From the human T2T-CHM13v2.0 reference genome, Homo sapiens: a stretch of 64,000 nucleotides of DNA. Made by a program: the position numbers and the translations under genes. The notes beneath the pieces were generated by a model that saw nothing but the letters and a program-made list of their open reading frames with translations, was not told the origin of the DNA and searched no databases. This document shows, one piece after another, positions 1 through 14,647 of the stretch; positions within the stretch are counted from its first letter, which is position 1; every line of letters begins with the position of its first letter. Location: the NCBI RefSeq assembly GCF_009914755.1, contig NC_060936.1; one strand, 5' to 3'.

Positions 1-1267
1 TAACAAACTCTATTATAATGCTGAAGTTGCTGCCAAAGAGATGCACACTGAATGCTATGGGGCAATCCACAAGGAGGAAGAAGGCATTTCTGCTGAGCCA
101 ACTCGGGGAAAGCTTTCTCACTTGGGATGAACCTTAAAGAATACGTATGATTCCTCCAGGCACAGAAAGCAGCGTAAACAACGACACAGAAGTATTTGCT
201 GAGAGTGATGCTGTGTTTATGAGCAAATGAACACTCTGGGTGGGTCTGTCTAGAGCTTAGGACCCACTAAGGGGCAAGTGACTTGTGTAGAACCACACAG
301 CATGTGACTTTCTTTCTGCCAACACTGAACTGGACTGTAAAGAAAATGTTCAGTGTATCTGAGTGTTCCCTGAAGTGCTATTTATAGTATGAATATGAAA
401 ACCCAGCAATAGCCCCTGAAAGTGAAATGCGTCATTCGGCCACTTCTAGCTGGGTCAGCAAGAACTGCCAGGTACAGAATTTCCTGCTTGCTGAAACGAC
501 GCAGAGCAGCTGGAGTTCTTTAGGGAAAGACCTTTCATATACACAACTGGCATCAAAAATAACCACCCTACATGAATCTCAAGCAAATAATATGGGTTAT
601 TCCAAAAGAACAAATCCAATAAGTATATGAATATACACTGTAAGGGCCTCATATAGGCAGGAAGTAGTTAAACCAGAAATAAAATTCCAGGAGTTTCTGT
701 ATTCATTGGTAACTGAGGTGGCCACTTAATGCAGCATAAGAAGAGGATTTTATTCCTTTGATTTCTAGTTGTCAAAGGAACAGCCAGAGCTATGGAAATA
801 TTGTTGATAAAAATACAGTACTTAAAGTGTAATGTCTAAGCATTTGCCAGCAGAGAGTTAAGAATTTCCTGCATTACTACACCAGAGACCAGCCCAACAA
901 ACATCAGAACAGATCCAGAGAGAAGAGACGGGCAAGAAACAGAGGGCTTGGAATCAACACTAGAAAAACATCAGTTAGAGCTATAATTTGTCAGATGAAG
1001 ATTTAAATACTTACATTCAAAGTAGCTGTTTGTTTATTCCACAAGTATTTACAAAGTGCCTACTATGCGTCAGGCACTGCCCTGGGTGACAAGGACATAA
1101 GTAAAAATTTCTGTTCCCAGAGGTTATATTCTAGTGTGGAAAACAGATGATAAGTAAAGATAAATGAGTAAAATGAGCAGTGGGTCAGATGGTGACACGA
1201 GCTTTGGAAAGAAAGAAAGCATTGCCATGAAAGGATTAGGAGATGCTTTCAGAGAGGAACTGCAATT

Positions 1268-1580
1268 ATTATTATTATTATTTTCTTTTGAGACAGTCTC
1301 CCTTAGTCACCCAGGCTGGAGTACAGTGGCATGATCTCGGCTCACTGCAACTCCCACCTCCGGGATTCAAGCGATTCTCCTGACTCAGCCTCTTCAGTAG
1401 CTAGGATTACAGGTACACGTTACCATGCCCAGCTAATTTTTTTTTTTTTTTTTTTTTTTTAGTAGAGATAGGGTTTCACCATGTTGGCTAGGCTAATCTC
1501 AAACTCCTGACTTCAGGTGATCAGCTTACCTCTTCCTCCCAAAGTGCTGGGATTACAGGAGCGAGCCACCGCACCTGGCC
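1268..1580 (-). mobile_element. AluS-type, full length, expanded middle A tract
   Basis: Alu dimer in reverse; TSD aggaactgcaatt at 1255-1267 and 1583-1595; ~24-nt T run at 1437-1460. Confidence 0.95.
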
Positions 1581-2057
1581 CCAGGAACTGCAATTTTAAT
1601 AGGTTGATCAGGGAGGAGTTCAATTTGTGAGCAAATTCCTGCAGGAGATGAGGTAGTGAGCCTCACAGATCTCTGCGGGAACCCCTGGTGCAGAGACCCT
1701 AAGGAGAAAACATTCCTGGGATGGGAAAGGGGGAGCAAAGAGCCTGTTGTGTCTGGAGATGAAGAAGCGAGGCAGAAGAGGGAGGGAGAAGTAGGAAGGA
1801 TATCAGAGAGTAGACTATTAGGGAGGTTGGGAAATACATTCTGCAGGGCCTTATAGGGTATTGTAAAGACATAGGTTTTTATTCTAAGATGAGAATCAAG
1901 TCAATGTTGGGTGTGCAAAGGAGTGACATTATGACATATTTTGGAGCAATCACTATACTGCTATGAGAACAGGCTGTAGAATGTCATGGGCAGAAAGAGA
2001 GAGACCAGATAGGAGTCTTTCATAAGAGATTTTGGTGACTCTTGGTCACTTTGGTGA

Positions 2058-2152
2058 CTCCAGAATATGTCCAGAATCTGGCTGCTTCTCACTACCCCTA
2101 TCACCATCACTGGGGTAGTGAGAAGTAGCCAGAAGCTGGATATATTCTGGAG
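2058..2152. repeat. Inverted repeat, 41-bp arms with 13-nt loop
   Basis: 2058-2098 matches the reverse complement of 2112-2152 at 37/41 positions. Confidence 0.95.
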
Positions 2153-3520
2153 AAAGAGCTGCCTGGATTTGCTGATACAATGAAAACAGGGCAAGAGAAA
2201 AAGAGAGAAATCAGCGATGATGCCAAGAGTTCTGCCTTGAACAACTGTAGAGATAGACTTGCCATTTACCAACATATGGAAGACTACAGGAGGAGCAGGT
2301 TTCTGGGGAACGATTTGGAGTTCAATCTTAAATATGTCAAGTGCATGATGTCCTTTAGATACCCAGGTGGCAATATCAAGTAGGGAAGTGAATACATGAC
2401 TATGCAGTCAGGGAGTTGGTCTTTCCTGGAGATAGAAAATAGAGAGTGATCAGCATGGGTATTTAAAGTCAGGAGACTGGATGGTGAATGAGTGCAGATG
2501 GAAAAGAGAAGAGGTCTAAGAATTGTCCAAGTTAAAAAAAAAAAGTGTCTAAAGAAGAAAAGAAAAAAATTACATCAAATGCTATTGATAGATTAAGTAA
2601 GACAACAGCTGAAAATTGCCACTGAACTTAGCAACAGGAAGGTCACTGGTGACCTTGAAAAAGGTAGATTTAGTTCAGCGATAAGAACAAAAACCTGATC
2701 TGAGTAAGTTATACATGCACATTTGCATATTTCTTTTCACATAGCTTATTTGAAAAATCTGGGTTCACTCATGTTCAACTAATATTTAGTTTGCTCTATA
2801 AAAGCCAACTAAAAATCCCTTTAATTGTTGTCAAAGAGTGGTTCTTGCTTGAGCCTATTAGGCTGGCAATTCCAGGTTTTCTGTCAGGAATCTGGCCGCA
2901 AAACAAACAGATCTTGGAAGCAGCAACATAGTCCTAGTTATAAACATTACCTCCTAACTTCCAAACTGTGGAACTATGGAATTGGAAGGTAGGCTGTCAA
3001 ACCCCTCTGTATTCTGCTTCCTGTCCTGGAAGGGGTCTAACCTCACACAGGCTTTCATGAAATTCTATGAGTTTGTGGATGTCAAGCATCTAACCAAGCC
3101 ACTGGCATGGAAGTCCACTCATCTTCCTTCCCTTTTTCATTTCTTTCCTCCTTCTAGCAGAGTCTCCCTGGCTTGTTCAAGCCATGAAATGCCTAGATTT
3201 CATGGTTTCTGTAGAACACGGTAAAACAGTAATTTAACACACTACCTTAACAATTAGTAATAATTTTTATTAACAGAAAACTTAGCTATTATATCCATGC
3301 ACTAGTAAATACCACCCCCCAAAGCCCTCAAACAAAAGTCCAGGGGTTTTTTTAAAAAAAGCCATTTTGACTTTTTATTGACAAGCAATTTCATTTCATT
3401 TCAATAAATATTTCCTGAGTGCCTGAGTGCACTCTCTGGGCACTTATAATACGTCAATGAACAATAACAGCACACCAAAGCTTTACAGACAAAAAAACTT
3501 AATTGAGAAAATACTATGGA

Positions 3521-3820
<300 letters not shown>

Positions 3821-4201
3821 AAAAATACTATGGATTTTTTAAAGTAATTGAGATAATACTCTCATTAATACTCACAGAATACCTCCTCAATTTCTCAGTT
3901 TGGCAATGGTCCATGTTTTCCAGAATGATGTATGAACAAGATGTTTTCCTTTATGAGTATACTTATATAGAAAGAAGTTTGGTTATCCATTGCCACATGA
4001 ATATTACTATTTTAACAGAGAATATTTTTATTAAGGCATTGCATACTGTCTTTTCAAATGTGTCTCCTTGTACCTATGCAAGAAAATAATCTACTGGATT
4101 TGAGAATATAATATACTATAACACTCTTGCTAACCTTAAAAAAATCTACTCTAAATGCAAGGATAGATTAGACAGATTAACTATAGTAATGAGCTCAAGG
4201 G

Positions 4202-4512
4202 TTTTTTTCTTTTTTCTTCCTTTTTTTTTTTTTAGAAAGGGTCTAGTTCTGTGTCACCCATGCTGAAGTACAATGGTGCCATCACGGCTCACTGCAGCCT
4301 TGATCTCCCAGGCCCAAGCAATCCTCCTGCCTCAGCTTCCCAAGTAGCTGGAACTATAGGTGCATGCCACCACACACAGCTATTTTTTGTATTTTTTGTA
4401 GAGACGAGATTTCGCCGTGCTGCCCAGGCTGGTCTCAAACTCAGGTTCAAGCAGTCTGCTCGCCTCAGCGTCTTAAAGTGTTGAGATAAGGCATGAGCCA
4501 CCGCGCCCAGCC
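4202..4512 (-). mobile_element. AluJ-type
   Basis: Diverged reverse Alu dimer with T-rich tail. Confidence 0.9.
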
Positions 4513-4929
4513 TCACAGATTTTCTATTCTTGCTCAGCCACTAACCATCCTACGGATCTTTGTCCAGAGTTTTTTATCTGTAACTGTTCCATCTGTTAAT
4601 GGCCATCTTATTAGTGACCATATTATATGAATCATCTGGATTCAGATTTGTCAGGCCCTTCAACCCCTCAGTGCCTCACTGGAAACAAGGCATGATAAAA
4701 AACCATTTGTTCCATCTTCCAGGACTATTACGAGAGTTAAAATAAGGTGAGGCATTTACCATTATCAGTAACCTCTGAAGTCCCATATAAATATATTATA
4801 TTAATTCATTATTATGTACTAACAAAATTGCATTCCTTAGGGGAAAGTTAGTATTTTGCTAGACCACTGTAGTATTTAGTCTATATTTGTGTGAGATATT
4901 TTCAATTTCAAAGATTTATATAGTTGCTG

Positions 4930-5497
<568 letters not shown>

Positions 5498-5894
5498 TGA
5501 ATACAACTTCTATCAAGCCATGAGTTTTAATAACATATTTGTGTAGAAATCATTGCAGGTATCATATCTTTTTTTTCAACACCTCATATCTGGACTAAGT
5601 ACAGATGAGATGATCAACAAATTGTTCAATAATTAGTTATTTAATCACAAAATTTTCCTGGAGCATCTAATCCATTCTCAGCAGTTTCCGGACCTAAAAT
5701 GGCATTTCCTTATATTGTAATGAATATATAAATTAATCTCCAAATTTGAAGAACAACCGTGAGCCCCATCACTCTAAATATGAACCGGTCAGTAAGCCCA
5801 TCCAGTGTGTTGCTTCTGAGATACCCCTTATCCTCATTTTCCACAGTCTGCCTCACTCGTGCCTCTTCTCAAACAGCCCTAATACCTAACTTCC

Positions 5895-6120
5895 CTGTTC
5901 ATTCATCAACTTTTCATTGAGCACCTAGTATGGGCCAGGAGCTGTTATGGATGCTGAAAATGTGATGGTGGACAAAATAGACATATACCCCACTCATGCA
6001 GCTTACACGCTAAATAGAAAAACAGAATTTAACAAACATGACAGCAAAATGCAGCGTGCTATAAGGTTAGGAAAAATTTCTCTGAGGAATTAACATTTAA
6101 GCTGAGATCCATAGCTTTAA
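5895..6120 (-). mobile_element. L2 3' fragment
   Basis: ttcattcatcaac...ttgagcacctagtatgggccagg reverse L2 tail. Confidence 0.7.
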
Positions 6121-8119
6121 GCATATGAAAGTAGTTGAGATTTCTGGTCTATTAGATAATATTAGGAAGGTGAAAAAAAGACAAACAAAAATTAGGATCT
6201 TTGGTGTTTTATAGCATGCATGAGAGTGAAAAGACTTGTTAAGTGCCAGCTGCAAACATATTCCTAGCTGACAAAATGACTTATGGAAAAACGCTATTCA
6301 AGTCTGAAGAATTTAAACCCTGTTTGTTGTGCCTTATGTAAATAGTACTGGAGCATCTCAGAATGGTTTTTATAATTAAGTTAACAAAGCATCATTTACC
6401 AGAGTCACTTTCAAAGCCCGAAGCCCACCTCTTCCTCCTCTCCTTGTGCAATCCACACAAAGCAACAAAGAGCTGGCCAGCTGGGACTCCACCCCCAACC
6501 CTGAACAGCAGAGCCGGCACTGACCTCCACCACTGGCACAAGGAGACTTTACACCTACTCATCTTCCAACCCACAGACATAACTAGATGTCTTGAATGAT
6601 AATTGTGTGACCTCTAGAAGCACATGAGTTAACCACCATAAATCATTCATTGTTGCAGAGTCTGAGCTGGTCTGGGAGGCAGGGCAAAAAGTAGGAAGTG
6701 CATGGAGAAAAAGAAAATGTAAACCACTTAGTGGATAGAGAATTGGATGCAACAGTAATTTTCACAGGAATGCACAACATTTTATTAAGAGCACTTCTGA
6801 TTACAAATTAAGTTACAAGAGCCTTTGTGAGAGGCTGCCTTTGAGGCATGTCTACAATTTTAAAAATCAGCATCATGCATTGATATGAAATCAAAATCTA
6901 AGAATTAAAAAGAAGTTCTTTAAAACCACTAAAGGGCAGAACAAGAGATTGCGGGCAGGCTGCAATGTCCTTACCTCCACGTTATAAAAAATAACTAACC
7001 TTAAATATAGATTTCTTGAATCCTTTTCGGATTCTTTTTGAATCTAAAAACTTCAGAATCCCCGAAGCAACCAGCTCACCAGGAATCTTATCAATAGTGG
7101 AGTTCTGTCAGAACTGACCTAAGGCCTGAACAGATATGAGGAGGCTCTGAGGCTCTGGTATTTATGAGAATTGAGTGCTAGATTGAATCAATTTAAGCAG
7201 ACTACTGGCCAATTAAATATGTTTAATTTCAACAATTATCTAAGCAACGAACAGATATTCGAAATGTTCTCTGGCTTTTGAAGACGACAACAGGAGTCTC
7301 CGTGTTTTAAGTTTAATATAGGATATATCAGATTATTATGATCACTCTTACCATACTTCACTGCTTAGTTTCTGAGATGCGCTGAGTAATTTTTCACCTA
7401 CTTTGCTTGTGATCATTCTTCTCCTGGCTCCCTTCTGCCACTCCCTAGTTCCTCTTTTATCTGCAGCCTACATTTGTTGCTTTGTTGCTTTTATATGTTG
7501 GGAGGATGCCAAAATTATTTATGAAAGCGTATTGTTTTAGAAATTTAAAATAATGAGGCTATCATAACTAAGTTTTGTTGATTTTGTTACACATTTATGT
7601 TTATGTGATACTCTTTTAGCTAAAAGAGTGATGCTTACTTTCACACTTGGCAATATAAAGAAAAATTGGTGTTTTGGTTGTTGGTGGCAAGAAGGTTTTG
7701 TTGTTCTTGTTTGTGTGTTTATTTGCCCTAGTAATCCCCGCCAAACTCTTTTCTCTTTGACAGGAAGGGGGAGCAGGTCTTCCTTGTCATGTAATTGTGT
7801 TTTAAAGCTAGAAAAATTATCCAGACACTCAGTATTTAGAATTGTGGCACCAAGTGCCACAATCAAGAAGAATCAATAGCAGTGTTAGCTGCAGGTCTCA
7901 AACCATATTGGAAAAGCACAGAGTTTGCTTTGCAAGCCTTCAGAGTGGTCTGAAAGGCTGTCACTACATGCCACCTGCTATCAGTCATGATGTCAAAACA
8001 TATGTTTGCCCTTCTTAATGAAAATCTCAAGTTTTTGACCATAAGAACTCAACTCACACATCTAATTGCATTCCGACCCTTTTCTTTCTATATACCCTCA
8101 CCCACGTATCCTCCTGGAC

Positions 8120-8345
8120 TCCCACACACAATTATGCTTCATCCACACACATAATTTAATTTCTTGCCCATATGTTAATTATATCCTCAACTTAGGCATC
8201 TAAATACACACCCCTGCCTCATATTTAATTATAGCCCCCCTCTTATGAATGTAATTACATCATTCAGCCTCCCACCTAATTATGCCCTCCTTAACATATT
8301 TAATTGCACTGCCCTGCTCCAGGACCTAATTACATTCTAACCAGT
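8120..8345. repeat. Degenerate ~25-bp (higher-order ~50-bp) tandem array with TAATTA core
   Basis: Core hexamers start at 8129, 8152, 8176, 8201, 8226, 8252, 8277, 8301 and 8327. Confidence 0.8.
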
Positions 8346-9539
8346 GCACCAATCAAGCCCCCAACTCTCCAACAATACTCCTCACATGAACATCTCTTTA
8401 TCCCTGTACCCCAGTCACTTTATTACTTCAGTTAAGGACTGGCAAATTCCCACAAGCGAATTCCTAGCGAGCATGGTGCCCAGCTAAACAAACAAAATAA
8501 TAACAAGATGCAGCCAAATCAAAAGCAGTTTTGGTTCTTTCCAGTAAGTAAACTAACACGTATTGGCTTTTTCAGTCATTTAACTAGCCCCTTGGCAGTC
8601 CAAATTAAAATTTCAGTTGTTTTCTTACTTTGCATACGTAAGCATTTTATGATGAAAATATCTGGTAATTAGTTCAATTATTTCAGAGAAAAAAAACTTC
8701 TCATTATAGGTACTTAATTATTAAACCCTTTAAAAAACGTTACACATAATTTTCCCTTAAGATATATATTTGTACATGTTAATTATAGAATATTTGTAGT
8801 TTCCTACCACTCAAGGACTTTTAACTGTTCTTCAATTATATGAAAACAAATTTCCAGAAAGCTGCTAAGATTTGTATTCCCCATTCTATTAATAAAATTG
8901 TGATTTTAAAAGGATAGCTTCAGTGTTATGCTTTCTACACAGGATGCTTCTTTGGAAATTGAATGATGTGAATATTTATATAGTGGATGCTATTTGCCTA
9001 TTAAAATTTCTTACTCAATCCATTATAAAAAATAACACAAAAGCATTCCAAAAAGTGTTTTGTATGTTTCACATATGATCTGTTATTCTGGATACAACTC
9101 ATGTGGCATCAGTTCATGTGCCCATGCAGCAGATTTATTAAACATTTCATAGTCAAGTCCCAATGAATTGAAATTTTTTACTGATGTTGTTTCTGAACCA
9201 TAAGGTGACAAAGACTGTGTCTATACTTCAGGGCAGAGGTTGACCACATTTTAAAAGTCCTCAAAACTGTTTTCTTTTCATGATGGAAAGGGAAGGAAAT
9301 ACGAAGGGCAGGCCCAACATTTCAAAGGTAGGGCCAATCATCTTAGCAGTGGAGCAAAACACGGAATAAGCAGCAGCAGGAAGTACTAAGCTTCATGCCA
9401 TTGCTAGACGTCATACTTGCAATCCCCTCATTGGAAATACCACTGAAAGATTCATTTTCTCCAAATACAGAAAGCACATCTTCATGTTGATGAGCATCAC
9501 CTTGTAGCCCGCCTGCCTGCATCCAGTCCCTGCTGTTAA

Positions 9540-9685
9540 TGTTCCCCTATGACAATTGGCAAGTTATTTAACCTTAGGGCCTTAGTTGTCTCACTTGTAA
9601 CAACTGTACTGACTTCTTACAGTTGTTGTGAGAATTAAATGACTTATGTCTGGCACAAGGTAAATGATCAATAATTGTTATTTTT
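9540..9685 (+). mobile_element. MIR fragment
   Basis: ttggcaagttatttaacc...gttgttgtgagaattaaatga MIR core. Confidence 0.7.
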
Positions 9686-10575
9686 ATCTTTAAGAGATCA
9701 ACATTTTCTCAGCAACACAGCCTAGAAATCTCAGAGCCATTTTTGCTCACCTCTCTCTTAATATCTGCGTAACACCTCCCTCTGCAGAGGCTCTTCTGTT
9801 CTTCTCCTCTTTCCACTCTCACTGTAACTATTGTTTAAAATGGTTTAATGCTGTAAATTGGCCTCTAGTTCTTGCCTATCATCAATCCTTCACTCTCATA
9901 TCCTAATTCTTCTAAAACAAAAGCTAGTGCAAATCACTTTTCTAATAAAAAAAAAAGTACCATGTTTTCCCTTGCCCACAGACAAAAACACTTCCGATCT
10001 TCATTGAAGCACCCACCCAGGACCTCTCAACACCCTAAACTTCCTGTTCATTCTTTTCTACCAGCTGGTTATCTATGCATACACCCAATATTCCCTCCAC
10101 ACCATTTTACGCACCTGTGTTTCCTCAGACACAGCCTGAATTTCTTGTCTCCCTACCTCTGTTAAAGCTGCTTCAATGGCTCGCCCTCACCCCTTCTCCT
10201 TACTTTCTCTACTCTATTACCTGCCTTCCAAATTATTTTTCAACCTTAAGATCTATGAAGGGTCTGCAGGTACAGTGTCCAATAAAATTCCCTACAAGTG
10301 CAAGGAATGCTAAAAAAAACTCAAGCAGACAAGAGGCACACCGGAATTCATTTATGCCCCATGAGTCATGAGATTATGTATTAAAGCTGTGCACAGTGGC
10401 CGGTAAATGCACGTGGAATTGAAACAAATCATTTATTCAATACTTCAGAGACTTCCAAACTTATTACTGTTGCTACTGTTATTTTCTTTGCTTCAAAATC
10501 GAAGCCTTTATTGTTTCTCAGACAAGGTTATACCAGAAAACCCCTATTTAAAAAAAAAATATATATATATATATA

Positions 10576-11075
<500 letters not shown>

Positions 11076-12371
11076 TCAGAAATGAAGAACTACAAATACC
11101 AAGCAAGTTTCAGTTAAGAACATTTGGCAAGTATTTATTGAGTGCCAACTAACCATATACCAGTCACTGTATGAGATGCTGGGTCAGAAACTGTGAGCTT
11201 CAGTTCAGTATTTGCTACACTAAAAGGTGGTATCAATTAGGGCATCCATTTTGTTTTCAACTATAAATAGTGTGCAATTACTTAGTAAGTAATGCAGCAG
11301 ACTGCTAAACTGTTAATCCAATTTAACTGACTAGGCACCTGAACTATCAGGACCAGGATCAATTGCCTGCTAATTAACTATTATTTTCATTTAAAAAAAA
11401 GCATGTCCATGATTGATTGTCTCATATATAACTATTTTATTCCATTAAAAGATAAATAAGCCAAGCAGAGAATATTCCTTTTGGGAATAACTGGCTGCTG
11501 CTGATGCTTTATTTCCCCAATTTAATAAAATGTATCTGCCATCCTTTCTTACTGATAAAAAGGAAAATAAGTGATTTCCAGAGCATCCTTCTCTTCCCAG
11601 TATTCCTGCCTTAATTATCTCTCAGGACTCTGCATACAAGCATCCAATCAACTGAGTTTTGCAGCCTGTAAATTACCTTCACACATTCCTACCTTTACTT
11701 ATTTCTCCTGACCTGCTTGGCTTATCGTCTACCCTTTTTTCACAGTGTAACTCACATATTTCAGAGACACATGGAATTCATATTAAAGATGCATATTCTT
11801 GGTCTACTTCAGCCCTCTAGAAATAGGATCTCTGGGTAGAGCTTAGGAATCTGAAGTTGCCCTACACGATACAATTCACATGCACAGTGATGTTTGTGAT
11901 CCACCTGATCTGCCAACTCTCAGATATGACCTGAGGTCTTCCTTCCCTAGAACCTTCCCTGACCTATGTCATCTTCCAGGATTGGCATGCACATCCTGCC
12001 CATTCCCACAGAAACACCTACTGCACTTACTGTCCGTCTCACTAAGCAGACATTCTAGGCCCTTAGCACTGGGTAACACTTGACTAGCTACTGTTGTGTA
12101 CACCCATCTTCCACAACAGCGAATAAGCCCCTCAAGGGTATAAACCATGTCTTTGTAACTCTTAGTGTCTCCAGAGCCTACCACATAGGTATACAGATGT
12201 TTTCATTAATTAATTGATTTAATCCAGCCCCAGACTTTCTGGAGAAATGCCAAGAATCTATCTAAGCAAATGCAGCAAACCTGTTCCCTTTTTCAGACCA
12301 CTGACAGAAAGGTTAAGGAAATTGCTAAATGATCCACAGATGAGCTTTTTAGATTATTTTAAAGTCTAGCA

Positions 12372-13095
12372 CACCAGAGGTGCAAAATGAAATGCCTACA
12401 CAATTCAAGTGGGTAACATAAACGAGTGGAAGGAAGGCAATAGGAAGTGCTAGAGACTGTGGCAAACAAAGGGCACATGGCCAAACGTATTAGTCTGTTT
12501 TCACACTACTAATAAAGACATACCTGAGAGTGGGTAATTTATAAAGAAAGAGGTTTAACTGACTCACAGTTCAGCATGGCGGGGGAGGCCTCAGGAAACA
12601 ATCACGGCAGAAGGGGAAGCAAACACATCCTTTCTCACGTGGCAGCAGCGAGAAGAAGTGCAGAGCGAAGTTGAGGGGAGGGGGGGAAGCCCGTTATAAA
12701 CCCATCAGATCTCGTGAGAACTCACTCACTATCATGAGAACAGCATGAGGGTAACCACCCCCATGATTAAATTACATTCCACCTGGTCCCTCCCTTACAT
12801 GTGGGGATTATGGGAACTACAATTCAAGATGGGAGCTGGGTGGGGACACAGCCAAACTAAAACCATATCACCAAAGCAGCAGGATAAGAAGCTGCTCATG
12901 CCCTACTCATGGGCATGGGAGCCAGGACTGCCAGATATTCTGATTTTTTTTCAAGTGATACTAAAAATCCAGGTATTAATGTAAAAGCTCCTCATTTTTA
13001 AAAGTTGGCATATAGTTCAAATGATTTTTTTTTAAAGTAAAGCCAAAATTTGAAGGCCAGATTTATCTTAACTGGTAGCCAATTTGCATATCCTA
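12372..13095. mobile_element. hAT-type MITE (MER103-like), split by a THE1 LTR
   Basis: aaatgcctacac...gggtaacataaacgagtgg left part and ccagatattctgatttttttcaag...agccaatttgc right part resemble this family. Confidence 0.55.
12486..12870 (-). mobile_element. THE1 (MaLR) solo LTR, THE1C/D-like
   Basis: cgtattagtctgttttcacact...aaaccatatca; 5-bp TSD ccaaa at 12481-12485 and 12871-12875. Confidence 0.92.
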
Positions 13096-13399
13096 CTATA
13101 GACCCAGGCAGGGCCCTGGCAGACTTAATAAATAAATTTATTCCAAGAGTAGGCAGTTAGAGAAGAGTGCATATCTTAAATTATTCCAAAAGACACAGTA
13201 GGAAAATACATGCTTTAGGGAATTTTAGCCAAAGATTGGGAAAGACTCTTTTCTCTGTGCCAGATTTAAATGAAATACAGGGTTGTTTTTTTTTTATAAG
13301 GCAGTTAGTGAAAAATTCAGGATTCTAACTGACAAAGAGAAGTCCAAAAGTTTCTAAAAGTCTCCCTTGCTTCTTTTCAAAATAACATTAAGTAATATT

Positions 13400-13990
13400 T
13401 GTATATTACCTGCAGTGATTTCTCAGCCCTCTGTTGGGTGGACTTCCCATCCTAAATGGCTTGTTTTCTAACCAAAATGGGATCAGGTGATCCCATATGA
13501 ATACTATTGTAATGTGTATGTTTATTTAACAAGATATTATGGATACCTTCCCTTCATGATTGTAATATCAACATGGTATTTAACTGTAGAGGTGATTCAT
13601 AATTTAACCAATCCCTTAATGTTGAATATTTTAGGTTATTCCCATTTTTTCACTATGATAAACAATACTGTTATAAACATCTTTGAATTGTGGCAGAGCT
13701 AAGAAGGTAGCTGAGAAACGGGAGTATCAGCCCACTGTATTCTCTTCTTTTATATGGACAATAAAGTTTGCTTAATTGTTTGTAAAACACCTCACATAAA
13801 AGGAGTCTTGAAGAGACAGAACCCTCTTTTAACAAGTTCACCATCACTAACCCATTCCATATAGAGGTCCTCCTGCTGTTACTTATCTGATACATATAGC
13901 CTGGAGCAGTTGTACAGTTAATTCTTTAAGATAAATCCTTAAATATGGAATTGTTAGGTTTAAACAATTTGGACCACATTACAGAAATTA
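13400..13990 (-). mobile_element. Old L1 (L1ME-like) fragment
   Basis: cataatttaaccaatccc...ttaggttattccc...atgataaacaatactg reverse L1M 3' motifs. Confidence 0.55.
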
Positions 13991-14139
13991 GCAACTGAGT
14001 AAGTCTCCATCCCTTTCCAAGGAAAACAAAATGGGAATCTCCTTATACACTATTATAGGTATTTCAGACATATCAGGAGAGAGACTTCATTAGGTTGTAA
14101 TCATTTTGTAGCATATTACCTAATTTGAAAGGAAATGCA

Positions 14140-14390
14140 AGGCAGTTTAAAGGGTTAAATTTGTAGATGTTAGCTTCAACAGGCCTCAGTTTGAATCTTG
14201 ACTTGGAATCACAGCATGGAACCAGTGTCTAACTGGGAAATCCCAGGCAGGACACTTTTGGCTCAGCCTCAATTTCTACATGTAAAATGGAGACAATAAT
14301 ATCAGCATCATATGTTGGGATTATCAGATAATGCATGCAAAACATTTAGCAAAGAGTCTAGCACATAGTTAGTCTTCAACAAACTATAGT
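14140..14390 (+). mobile_element. MIR
   Basis: cctcaatttctacatgtaaaatggagacaataat...gcacatagttagtcttcaacaaa. Confidence 0.7.
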
Positions 14391-14647
14391 TGTAGAGTGT
14401 AGCCACAAAATTGAATCAAATTGAGAAAATATAACCAACCTACTCTTTGGTAGGTTTTCTCTAATACATTTGAGTTTCATTAATGTTTCCTACGCACTTT
14501 CCTTAAAGTGTCACATTTTGCGGAATTGAGTTTATTTATTTAAATTAACTTACTAATTATTTCCAATTTAAAATTAAAATACTGAATTAAAACAAAAATA
14601 TGTTCAATATAATTTTTCCTCTAAATCTATTTCAAATAAACTTTTAC

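Larger units (their letters stand above)
1030..2710 (-). mobile_element. L2 LINE remnant, interrupted by an Alu
   Basis: Reverse-complement L2 3' end (caagtatttacaaagtgcctactatgcgtcaggcactg) followed by typical purine-rich L2 body. Confidence 0.8.

Noticed and set aside
8120-8345. CRISPR-like interpretation of the repeat/spacer pattern
   Set aside because: Eukaryotic intron, a core of only 6 bp, spacers related to each other, and no cas genes.
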